Shown piece by piece: positions 1-11,065 of a stretch of DNA of 64,000 nucleotides. A model generated the notes under the pieces. It did no database searches. It was not told the DNA's origin and was given only the letters and a program-made list of their open reading frames with translations. Position 1 is the stretch's first letter, and the number at the start of each line of letters is the position of its first letter. This DNA is from Scenedesmus sp. PABB004 (taxonomy: Eukaryota). Location: the NCBI GenBank assembly GCA_014905635.1, contig JABVCE010000013.1, positions 1 through 64,000 on the forward strand. Reading direction: 5' to 3'. The position numbers and the translations under genes were made by a program.

Positions 1-3000
1 CCCGGCCACTTCATCGGTGAGTGCGCGCGAGCGGGCCGCGGTCGAGGCGCGCAAGGGCACGCCGACAACGAGCGGCGCGAGGTGGCGTGGACCGCCACCA
101 CGCTCGCTCCGACTACGACAACCGGACTACGCGTGCACGTGGTTCATCGACTCGGGGGCCCGAGCGCCACATCACCAACGACGCCGGCGACCTCAACAAC
201 CCAAGCCGTGCTCGACCAGGTCATCGTGGGCACCGGGAGGTGGTCGCCGCCGGAGCTCGAGGGCGACGCCATCTTGCACGAGTCCAACGTCATCTCGCGG
301 CGCATCGTGCTCCGCCGCGTGCTCTACATCCCCGGCTTTGCGGCCAAGCTCGTCTCCATCAAGATGGCCAAGCTCGCCGGCGCCACGTTCATCATGGAGG
401 GCAACAAGTGCGCCGTGCGCATGGGCGGCGAGACGATCGTCACCGCCATCGACGCGCCCAACGGCATCCCGTGCATCGTGAGCAACACGCTCCGCGGCTC
501 CCCGAGCCCGGCGCTCATTGCCAAAGAGGCGCCCGAGGTGTGGCACGCGCGCTTTGGCCACCTCGGCTACGCCAACCTCGAGCGCGCCGCCAAGCACGGC
601 ATGGTGACCGGCATGGACCTCACGACCACCGACTTCAAGGCGCTCCCCATGTGCGAGCCGTGCGTGATGGGCAAGACGACGCGCCTCCACTTCGGTGAGT
701 CCGCGACGGTGTACGACACGCCGCTCGCGCTCGTGAGCATGGACGTGTGCGGCCCCATGACCGAGCTCTCTTACGGCGGCGCCAAGTACGCCGCGACCTT
801 CATCGACCACGCGACGGGCTACTCCATCGTGCGCACGCTCAAGAGCAAGGCCGACGTCACGCCGGCCGTCAAGGAGGTGCTCACCTACATGGAGAAGCAA
901 ACCGACGCCCACGTCAAGGCCGTCCGCACCGACAACGGCTCCGAGTACGTCAACGCCGACCTCTCCGGCTTCTTCAAGGACAAGGGCATCGCGCACCAAA
1001 AGACCATGCCCTACACGCCCGAGCAAAACGGCACCGCCGAGCGGCTCAACCGCACGCTCCTCAACAAGGTGCTCCCCATGATCTACGCCGCCGAGCTCCC
1101 GCCCGCGGCGTGGGGTGAGGCGATCATGACGGCCAACCACCTCCGCAACCTCTCTCCCGTGAGCGGCAAGCCCAAGACGCCGTTCGAGGCCTTCTTCGGC
1201 CGCAAGCCCGACGTGTCAACGCTCCGCGTCTTTGGCGCCACGGCCTACGCCCACGTGCCCAAGGAGAAGAGGACCAAACTCGAGCCGCACGCCGAGAAGG
1301 GCATCATGGTGGGCTACCCGGCCTTTGGCAAGGGCTACCGCATCCTCATGCCTGACGGCAACATCAAGTCGAGCCGCAACGTCGTCTTCGACGAGAGCAA
1401 GGTGCTCTCCAAGAGCTTCGCCAACTACAAGTCCCCGACGCTCATCGACCCCGACATCACCCGCTACGCCGCCGAGAAGTTCCCGGCGGACGACGCCTTT
1501 GAGGACGAGCCCGACTCCGGCGCGCACGACGGCGCGCCGCCGAGCGGCTCCCCTCCGGGCACCCCGGGCGGCTCCCCGCCCGCGAGCCCCGGCGGCTCCC
1601 CGCCCTCGAGCCCGGGCGGCTCGCCGCCGCCCGCGCCGAGCCCGGCGCCCGAGAGCAACGACAACATGCCGGCGCCGATCGCCGGCGGCACCGACTCCAC
1701 CACCGGCGGCACCATCACGCGCTCGGGGCGCGTGTCGCGCAAGCCCGGTGAGTGGTGGAACGCCGCCGCCGCCGCGCACTACGCGGGGCAGATCTTGCCC
1801 GACCCGGCCACGCGCACCGAGGCGCTCGGCCGGCTCGACGCGTCCAAGTGGGACGACGCCATGAACGAGGAGATCGCCGCCCACGTGGCCAACAACACGT
1901 GGGAGCTCGACGTGCCGCCCGCCGGCGTCAAGATCATCCCGACCAAGTGGGTCCTAACGACCAAGACCGACCTCGCCGGCAACATCGAGCGCTACAAGGG
2001 CCGCATCGTCGCCAAGGGCTTCCACCAGATCGAGGGCATCGACTACGACGAGGTCTTCGCCCCCGTCGGCAAGTACGCCACGCTGCGCGCGGTGCTCGCG
2101 CTCGCCGCTGCGCACGACTACGAGATCATCCAAATCGACATTAAGAACGCCTTCCTCCAAGGCAACCCCGAGGAGGAGGTGTGGATCAGCCAGCCCGAGG
2201 GCTACGACGACGGCTCCGGCCGCGCGTGCCGCCTGATCAAGGCGCTCTACGGCCTCAAGCAGGCCCCGCGCGCGTGGCACTCGCGCCTGCACGAGGAGCT
2301 CACCAAGATGGGCTTCGCGCCGTCCAAGGCCGACGCATCGCTCTACGTCGGCACCTCCGGCGCGTACATCCTCATCTACGTCGACGACATCCTCATCATT
2401 GCGCGCAACTGCGCGCTCGCCGAGTCGGTCAAGGCGGAGCTCTTTGCCGCCTTCAAGACCCGCGACCTCGGCGAGGTGAGCCAGTACCTCGGCATGCACA
2501 TCACGCGCGACCGCATCAACAAGACCATCAAGATCACCAACGAGAAGATGGTGACCGAGCTCGTCTCCAAGTACGGGCTCGCCGACTGCGCGCCCCGCGA
2601 CATCCCCGTGAGCCTCGGCACCAAGCTCACCAAGGACAACGGCGACCCGCTCGACACCGCGGCCTACCCCTACACGTCGCTCGTGGGAGCGCTCCTCTAC
2701 CTCTCCATCACGGTGCGCCCCGACATCGCCTTTGCGGTGAGCGCGTTGACACGCTTCATGTCCTGCCCCACGACCGTGCACTGGGGCGTGGCCAAGGGCG
2801 TGCTCCGCTACCTGGCCGGCACCACCAACATTGGCATCATCTACGGCGGCATCAAGGGCAGCCTGGACCTCAACGGCATGTGTGACTCGGACTACGCGGC
2901 CGACCTCGACACGCGCCGCTCGACCACCGGCTACGTCTTCACCCTCAACGGCGGCGCAATCACCTGGTCCAGCAAGAAGCAGCAGACCGTCGCGGCCTCC

Positions 3001-3327
3001 ACCACCGAGGCCGAGTACATGGCCGCCTCCGCTGCGGTCAAGGAGGCGCTCTGGCTGCGCAAGCTCATGAGCGACCTCAAGGTCAACATCGGCGCCATCG
3101 ACATCCTCTCCGACAACCAGGGTGCGATCAAGCTGCTGCGCAACCCCGTGTCCTCGCAGCGCTCGAAGCACATTGACGTCGCGCACCACTTTGCGCGCGA
3201 GCGCGTGGCCCGCGGTGAGGTCACGTTCCACTACGTGCCCACGGCCGACAACATCGCTGACGCGCTCACCAAGCCGCTGGCGCTGTCCAAGTTTGTGGCG
3301 TGCCGCACCGGCATGGGCATGGTGTGA
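1..3327 (+). mobile_element. Ty1/copia LTR retrotransposon pol (protease-integrase-RT-RNase H); 5' part lies outside the window
   Basis: Protease WFIDSGA at 140-160 is in a different frame from the long ORF. The 82..3327 ORF has the HHCC zinc finger (WHARFGHL...CEPC), integrase D,D,E (MDVCGP, TDNGSEY, EQNGTAERLN), GKGYRI, RT (DIKNAFL, LYGLKQAPRAW, YVDD) and RNase H (CDSDYA, STTEAEY, KHIDV, ADALTK). Integrase before RT is the copia order. Confidence 0.97.
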
Positions 3328-3347
3328 GTGTTGCGTCCGCGTGGGAG

Positions 3348-3679
3348 TGATGAGAGTGCGTGTTTTCGGCCGCACACTCACCCCATTGCGTGCATGGAGC
3401 CTAAAGGAAGCTACTCGGAACATTGGGCCTTAGTTGGGCTCTTGTGGAAGGTGCTAACCGCGGTGGAAGCTGCTTACGGCGCAGCTACCGGCAGCCGCCG
3501 AGAAGCTGCGATTACCGATACCGTTTCGGCTATATAGCTCCGTGCGCCCGCCCCGTTTGCCTAAGGAGTCTCTTCACCACGCACATGTAACCTTTGCTCC
3601 TTCACTTGTGTCTCCGTGCTCTCTCGTTGGCCAATCGCCGCTCTCCGCCGTTGTCGACTCGCTCCTCTAGCCGGCAACA
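3348..3679 (+). mobile_element. Putative 3' LTR of the copia element, preceded by a polypurine tract
   Basis: GCGTGGGAG at 3339-3347, then TG at 3348; TATATA 3531-3536; TGTAA 3586-3590; ends ...GGCAACA at 3679; lower GC than flanks. An alternative start is TGTTGC at 3329, a perfect inverse of the GCAACA end. The 5' LTR is not in the window for comparison. Confidence 0.6.
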
Positions 3680-3700
3680 ACCGCGCCTACTCCGACCAAG

Positions 3701-3828
3701 ACAATGGGTGACCAGACAAGGACCGAGGCCTAGGGGCAGCCCCTGGGCGTCGGTCCTTGTTTGGTCACCCATTGTAACAGGACTTTGTTTCTATTTTGTT
3801 ACAATGGGTGACCATTGTAACAAGACTG
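3701..3828. repeat. Cluster of inverted and direct repeats, possibly a DNA-transposon end
   Basis: 36-bp inverted repeat, 3701-3736 vs 3740-3775, with 3 mismatches and loop CAG. Perfect 12-bp inverted repeat TTGTTACAATGG (3796-3807) / CCATTGTAACAA (3812-3823). Direct repeat CCATTGTAACARGACT at 3769-3784 and 3812-3827. Confidence 0.85.
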
Positions 3829-4890
3829 GGGCTCGCGCCGCGCCGCGCCGTCCTCGCCTGCCTTCCCGGCCGCCCATGTCGCGCACTGCGATCGCGCCAC
3901 CACCTGCGCCGCCGCCGCGCCGCGATCGCCGCCGCAGGGACAGCACGCCGCGCCCGCCCGCGCTCGGCTACGGTGGTGGCCAGCGCAGGCGCCACCTGCC
4001 CCCCTCCCCCCCTGGGACAGCGGGCGGCGGCCCACTGCCTGCAGCGCACGCGGCTCCACCACGCCGCCGGAGCAGCGGCGCCGGTAGGACAGCGCGGCGC
4101 GTGCGGGCCGCCGCACGCGGCTCGACCGTGCCGCCGCCAGGGAGCAGCGGCGCCGCCGCCGGCAGCCGGCAGCACAGCGCAGCGCGCCGGGCGGCGGCCG
4201 CCGCTGGCCCCCCGCTGCGATGGGCGGCGGCGCGCGGCGGGTCGTGATCGTGACGAGCGGCAGCCGCGGCGACGTGCAGCCGTACGTCGCGCTGGGCCTG
4301 AGCTGGCGGCGCGCGCGGGCACGCGGTCACGGTCGCGACCGAGGCGCGCGGGCGGGCGCTGGTGGAGGAGCTGGGCCGCGGGCGCGTGGGCTTTGCGCTC
4401 GTCGCGGGCGACCCCGTGGGCATCCTGTTTGAGCGGCAGCACCAGGCCCTCCTGGCGCGCGGGCGCATCGTGCCCGTGATGATGGCGGTAGACCGCCACA
4501 ACCGGCCCTTCCAGCAGCAGGCGCTCGCCGACGTGGCGGCGGCGTGCACGGGCGCCGACGTGGTCGTGTCGAGCCCGCTCGTGCTCACGGCCACGCTCTG
4601 CGCCGCGCAGGCGGCCCGCGCGGCGTGGGTCCCCGTCGCGCTCTGCGGCGTGCAGCCCACAGGCGCGTACCCGAGCTGGGCGCTCGCGTCGCGGCCGTTC
4701 CGCTGGCGCGCGCTGAACCGCGCGACGTACAGCCTCCTCTTTGCCGCGCTCTGGGCGGGCGAGGCGCGCCGCATCAACGCCTGGCGCGCCGCCGCGCTCG
4801 GGCTGCCACCGCTCGCGCGCGCGCGGCGGGCGTGCTCGCGGCCGCGGGCGGCGCGATCCCCGTCGTGCAGATGGCGACGGCGGGCAGGCG
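3828..4890 (+). pseudogene. Truncated, frameshifted duplicate of the upstream region and 5' part of the GT1 glycosyltransferase gene (source ~11552-12643)
   Basis: Near-identical to 11552-12643. ATG 4220 corresponds to 11960. Indels near 4300-4320 and ~4820 break the frame, and similarity ends at 4890. Confidence 0.85.
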
Positions 4891-5487
4891 TATCTCTCTC
4901 AGTGTTGCAACGATCGCCGCGCAAAAGTCCTCCGCCGCGGTAGTACTAGCAGCGCCATCCCTGCCGCATGCGCGGAGGGTGCGCACGCGGCGCGCCCGCC
5001 CGCCCGCTCGTGACGCACGGTCTTTGTCGGGGTCAACGGTGTTCTCGGCCAGTCATTCGCGCGCACGCGTGCACCACAACGACCTGTGCAGCAATGCGCG
5101 CCGGTACGCCGAGAGTGCCCGCTCCCTCCCCGCCCCAGACCGCACCCGCTCTTCCGGAATCCAACGCCCCGACTTGCGGGCAGGCACGCATCACACCGTA
5201 CCCTGCAAACGAGCACGCAGCACACCCCCGCCCCTCCGTGACCGCACGCAGCGCGTGCTTGCAAAAAACAGGCTGGCCTCACACGCAACGGACCTCCCGC
5301 GCCACGCCACACTGCGCCTCGACCCCCGGCACACTGCACACATGCCGGTAAGGGTGAGGGGGATGATAGTACAGACACGGACGTGAGGGGCGATGCAGCA
5401 CGCACGCGCGTGCACGGCCCGGCATCGCGCGCGGCGGTGGGCGCCGCCGGCTGCCGAGGCAGGGCCGGCGGCATGCACGCCGCGCGC

Positions 5488-8400
5488 TCAGCTGTCCCAC
5501 CAGCCCTGCGCGGCGAACTGGAGAGCATCGCCCAGGCGGTGCCTCCATGCGCCCTCGTGGTGGCCGGCGCCCTCCTCGATCATGAACCTGAAGCGCGCGG
5601 GGCCGCGGAGGCCCTTCTCCTGCAGCAGCCGCGCGGCCTCGTGGTATTGCTGCGCCGGCAGCGGCGGGCGCGGACGCGGTGCGGCGGCGCGGACGCGTCG
5701 GCGGCGCGGCCGGCACGGTCGGGCGCGCGGCGCGCGCGGCAAGCGCGGCGCGCGCAGCCAGCAGGACGGGGCGGCAAGCTCCCGCCCAGGCCCCCCCTGG
5801 CTGGCCGCCCGGGCGCTCACGGCGAGCAGCATCTGGTCGATGTCGTGCCGCTCGTGGTCGCGCGTGCCCGAGTACTCGCGCGTGCCGCAGCCAAACGTCA
5901 GCCGCTCTGGCAGGCGCCCCGTGTGGGCGGCCAGGCTCTGCGCGTGCGCGCCCGTGTGCGTGCGCGCGCGCGTCGGCGGCCCGCCGCGCCGGGCGCGCGC
6001 GGCCGGGTCGCACGCGCGCGCTGGCGGGCTCGGCCGCGCCGCGCCGCGCGTGCGCGCCGCGAGCGTGCAGCGCCGGCGCACCTCGAGGTATTTGCCCTCG
6101 CCCGCCCAGAGGCTTGGGCTCTCCACCAGGACGGAGCCAAACACGTGCGGGTAGTCAGTCGCTGCCATCAGCGCCGTCACGCCGCCAAAGCTGCCGCCAC
6201 CAAAGCCGAGCCGCGACGAGCACTGCGGTGCGGCGCGGCGCGTGGCGCGTGCGTGGGTGGCGTGCCGTCGGCGGCGCGGCGAGGCCAGCGACGCAGCATC
6301 GCGCGGCGCGTGGCGCGCGGCGCGGGGCTCACGTCTGCGATGCTGTAGCGGTCCTGCAGCATGGGCAGGAGCTCGTGCACGACGCGCTGCAGATACTCCT
6401 CGGCGCCGCCGCCGGGCCACTTGGCGGCGTCCTCGCGGAACCCGCCCTCGCCTGCGGGCAGGAGCGGACCAGGGGGGAGGGAGGGGGGTGGCAGGCGCGT
6501 GAGCGGCACGGCGACGAGCGAGCGCCGCCCCAACAGCGCGGCGCGGGTCGCCCTCTCCCCCCGGGCCTCACCCGTGCCGGGCGGGAAGGGCAGGTAGTTG
6601 TAGGAGCGGTACGGCCCAGCGCTGTCAACGCCAACGCACACGCAACTGCAGCACGCGCGCGCGCGTGGCCGGGCGGGCGGGCAGGCGGGCGGGCGGGCAG
6701 GCGGCGGGCGGCGTCGGCCGGCGCCCCGGGGGCGGCGCGGCGCGGCGCGGCGCGGCGCGGGCGCTCGGCGGCGGCCGCGGGCCGGCCGGCGCGGCGGCGC
6801 GCGCTCACGGCGGGATGGCGCGGATGGAGATGAGCCCCGCCGCCGCCTCGCCCAGGTTCCACGACACGCCCTGCGCCGCGGCGTCGGCGGGCGGACAGCG
6901 TCGGCGCGCAGTGCAGGCGCGGCACAGCGTGGCCCGACGCGGCGCAGCGCCCCCCTTCGCGGCGCGGGGCGCACGTTGTGTGCGAGCTCGTCCTGGAACA
7001 TGTTGGCGCCGTCACACATCACCACGCACGGCCACCCGCCCGGCGGCGCGTCGTCGGCGCTGAAGCCGGGCGGCAGCCACACGCGCACCTTCTTCTCGTC
7101 CCTGCGCCGGCGACGCGGCGGGGCGGCGGCGGGGCGGCGGCGGGGCACCGCGCGGGCTCAGCGCGCGCGCCTGCGCGCGCGCGCGCGCGCGCCCAGGGGC
7201 GGGCGCTGCCCGGCGACGCGGGCGCCGCCGCCGCCGCCGCGCTCGCCCCTCACCACCAGTGCTGCTTGCTGTTGCCGCCGCCCGTGCTGCCTGGCGCGCG
7301 CTTGGCGAGGTCCAGCACCTCCAGCGAGCCGCCCGCGTGCGGCAGGGTCTCGACCGACTCGACCGCGCGCACGCTAAAGGGCGCAGGCGGCGGCGCGCGC
7401 GGCGCCGCGGGCCGGCGCGGGGCCTTCTTGGGCGGCGCGCTGGCGGCGGCGGCGCGCACGGGCCCGGCGCCCGCCGCGATCGCCGCGCGCGCGCCCTTGG
7501 CGGCCGCGTCGACCGCCGCGGCGGCCAGGGAGCGGGCGGGCAGCACATAGTCGTTGCCTGTGTGTGTGTGTGGGGGGGGGGAGGCAGAGGGCAGCGGGTA
7601 GGGGTGAGGGGCGGCGGGGAGGGCGGAGGGATCGCGTCCTCGTGCTGTCAGGGCAGCGGGCCGGCGGCGGGGCTGCGCGGGGGGTGGCGGGGCGCACCGC
7701 CGTTGTTGTCCCACGACTTGTTGCCGTCCCAGTCGGCGGAGAAGACAAACTTGGCGTTGCGCGCCTCCGGCGGCACCTGCACGCGCGCCGCCCACCACTC
7801 CACGCCGTCGCGGCCGGGCAGCTCCGTCGGGCGCAGCTCGACCTGCGCGCGGCGCGGCCGCCGCGGCGCGCGGCGCTCGGCGCAGGCGGGGCCGGGCGCT
7901 GCCGCGCGCGGCGCGCACGTGCGGCGCGGCGCGTGCGCGGCGCGTGCGCGGCGCACCGTCTGCGTGCCGTCCTGCCAGTCGTTGAAGCCGATGTGCATGC
8001 TGATGTGGTGCGCGCCGCTCAGCCCGCCGCCGAGGCGCGCGCGGTTGGCGTACACCGTGAGCGGCGCGCCCGCGACGGGCGAGTGCGGGGACGTGAAGTA
8101 AAGGTCCCCCCGCGACGCCGCGGCGCCGGCCGCCGCGTCGGCGGGGCCCGCGGCGGCCGAGACCGCCGCCGTCGCGGCGACGAGCAGCGAGACGCGGTCG
8201 GTGAAGCCGCACGCGTCGCCCGCGGCCTCCGCGCCGGCCGCCGCGGCGGCGGCCTTGAGCGCCGCCGCGGCCTCGGTGGCCGCCACCCGCGCGGCGCGCG
8301 CGGCGTGCGCGGCGGCCGCCTTGGCGGCCTGCGCGGCCGCGGCCGACGCGGAGGCCGACTGCGCGGCGGCCGCCTCGAGCGCGGTCGCGGCGGCGGCGAC

Positions 8401-11065
8401 CTCCAGCGGCGACGCGTCAGCGGCCGGCAGCATCGGCAGCGGGATGGCCGCCGCCGACGCCGCGGCGGTGGCCGCCTCGGCGACCAGCGCGGTCGCGTCG
8501 TCCACCAGCGACGGCGCGGTCAGCGCCGCGAGGTCGACGCGCGGCGGCGCGGCCGCCGCGGCGGCCGCCGCAACGGTGCCCCCCGCGCCCCGGCCGCGCG
8601 CGCCGGCGCCGCCGTCGGCGGCGGCGCCGCCCGCCGCATCGAACGCGGCCCAGGCCTCGGGCGTGCGCACGGGCAGGAAGAAGTCTGCGCCGCCGTTGTT
8701 GTCAAACGTGCTCTCCGCCTCGTCGGCAAAGACAAAGTTGATCTCATACGCGTCGCCCGGCAGCTCGGGCAGCGCGACCACCCACCACTCGCCGCCCATG
8801 CCCGCGATGCTCACGGGCGCGGTCGGCTGCTCCAGCGTGGACAGGAGCGCGGGGTCGATCGGGTGCGGCGGCGGCGGCGGCGCCGGCGGCGAGAAGGTCG
8901 CCGTCGCCGCCGCCGCGCGCGCGGCGGCCGCGGCGGCCGCGGCGGTCGCCGCCGCCGCGGCGGCGCCCTTGCCGCCCGCGGCGGCGCGCGAGCGCGCCTC
9001 GCTCTCCTCGTGCGCGAGGCGCGCCTGCGTGTCGCGCTGCTGCGCCTCCCAGGCCTCGCGCTGCTCGCGCAGCCACGCCTCCTCGTGCGCCGCGACGTGC
9101 TCCGCGCGCCACGCGTCCCAGACCTCGCCCTGCAGGGCCTTGGGCGGGCTGACCGCGGGCGCGGCGCGGGCCCAGGTCGGGGTCATGCTGAGCTTGGTCG
9201 CGTGGCGCCAGCCGTTGCGCCCGACCACGAGCTTCACGCCTGCGTCGGCGCTGAACCCCGCGAGCGGGTGGCTGTTGCGGCGGTTGAAGAAGAGCAGCTG
9301 CCGCCCCGCCAGCCCCGCCTTGAGGCGGCGCGGGAGCGTGAAGAACAGCTCGCCCGCGTAGCGCTCCTGCCAGCGCCGCCACCAGCCGCCCGCGACAAAC
9401 TGCAGCGCCGCGGGCAGCCGCGCCGCCCACGCGGCCTCGGTGTGCCCCGCGTCGGGCTCCACCGTCCACGCGAGGCGCGCGGGGCCGAGCCCCACGCGCG
9501 TGAGGTGCGCATAGAGCGCCTTGGCGTAGCGCGTGAAGTGGGCGTCGTGCTCCCGCCCCACGCCGCCGCGCGTGCCGCTGAACTCGCGGCCCCCATGCCC
9601 AGGTACACGCGCTCAGGCCAGGGGCCAGGGTGCGCCAGCACGTCCTGCGCGGCGGCGCGCGGCGGGCGGGGCGTGCGGTGGGCGGCCGCGCGCGCGGGCG
9701 GTCGAGCGAGCGCGCGCGGGCTGCCTGCCCCGCCCCGCCCCGGTGCGGCGCGGCGCGGCGCGCAGGGAGGCGCTCTCTCATCGGGCGATGATGCCCGCAC
9801 CCGCAGGAAGCTCTCGTCGCCGATCCAGAGGCTGGGGCTCTCCACCAGGATCGCGCCAAAGCCGCAGGCCTCGCCCTCCAGCGCCGCCGCGAGCGCGGCG
9901 ATGCCGCCAAAGCTCGAGCCGCCGAGCGCGAGGTCGGCGGGCTGGTCGGACGCGGCGTACGCGGCCGCAACCCAGGGCACGACCTCGCCGCGCAGGCGGG
10001 CCAGGTAGTCGCGCACGCCGCCGCCCGGCCAGCTCGCGGCGTCGGCGCGGAAGCCACCTGGCCCACTGCCGGGCGTGACGGGCGTGTACTCGGCCGAGCG
10101 CAGCACGCCCGCGTGGTCGACGCCGACAATGAGGAAGGGGGGCAGCCGCCCGCTCGCGATCGCCTCGCCCGCCGCCGCGGCGGCGTCCCAGCTCGCGCCA
10201 GAGAGGGTGCGCGTGTCACCAAAGAGGTTCTGGCCGTCGTTGAGGTACAGCACCGGGTAGGGCAGCCGCGCCGCGTCGAGGCGGCTGTAGCCTGCGACGC
10301 GACGCGCACGGCGCGGCGCGGGGCCGGCGGCGGGGTGGGGTCAGCGCGGCGCGGAGCTGGGGCGGCGCGGCGCCGCGCGCGAGGCGCTCCGCCGCACCCG
10401 GCGGCAGCCAGACGCGCAGGAAGCGGCCCTCGTCCCACGCGACCACCTCCAGCACGCCGCCGCCCATGGGCGTGCGGCTCACGACCTCCCAGCGCTTGTG
10501 CGGCGCCGCTGCCGCCGGCGCGCGCGCCGCCTGCTGTGCCGGCGCCGGCGTGCGGCGCCACTTGGGCGTCTCTTGCGGCGCCCGCGCCGAAGACGACGGC
10601 GGCTGCGCGCGTGCCTGCGCCTGCGCCGTGGGCTGCTCGCGCGCCTGCTGGGGCTGCTGCGGACCCCCCGGCGGGCGCTCCTGCGGCTCCTGCTGCGGCG
10701 GCGGCGGCGGCGCCGTGGCGGTGGCGGCCTGCGGGCGCGGGCGCGGCGCGTGCGTCGGCGCGGGCCTGCGCGGCGCGACGCTCGCCGCGCCGGCAGCTCG
10801 CCTTGGCGCTGCCGGTCGCGGCGCCGTTTGAGTTGCCGTCGCCGTGCCCGTTGCCGTTGCCGTTGCCCGCGGCGGCCAGCTCGTTGGCCATGCTGTCCAT
10901 GGTCCAACGCGACGGCATCGCGCGCGACGACGGCGACGCACACGGGGGGCGGGCCAGCGGGCGCGCGCGCGCGGCGCCGGCGCCGCCGGCCGGCTGCGCG
11001 CGGCTGGCGCCGGGCGCCGCGCCAGGCCGACCGGTCCGCACGCCGGCCGCGCCGAGCGGCCGCAT
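5488..11065 (-). CDS. Multi-exon protein: transit peptide, esterase (alpha/beta hydrolase, Fes/IroE/CE1-like), CBM53-like, CBM53-like, esterase
   Basis: Esterase 1: FLRVWLPPG, YPVLYLNDGQNLF, GGSSFGG, LVESPSLW, HTEAAWAARLPAALQF. Esterase 2: KVRVWLPPGF, WPCVVMCDGANMF, GGGSFGG, HHEGAWRHRLGDALQF. Two modules end in EWW...YEINFVF...FDNNGGADF and EWW...AKFVF...WDNNGGNDY. Apparent 1-nt frameshift at 9590-9594. Start could be 11065, 10918 or 10900. Confidence 0.8.

Noticed and set aside
9590..9594. Frameshift in esterase domain 1 (MG-/REFSGTR) as programmed frameshifting or pseudogenisation
   Set aside because: Adding one base to a 5-nt homopolymer restores GMGGREFSGTR, matching domain 2 (GCGTREYSGTR). 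This is most likely a homopolymer sequencing error; it needs a read check.
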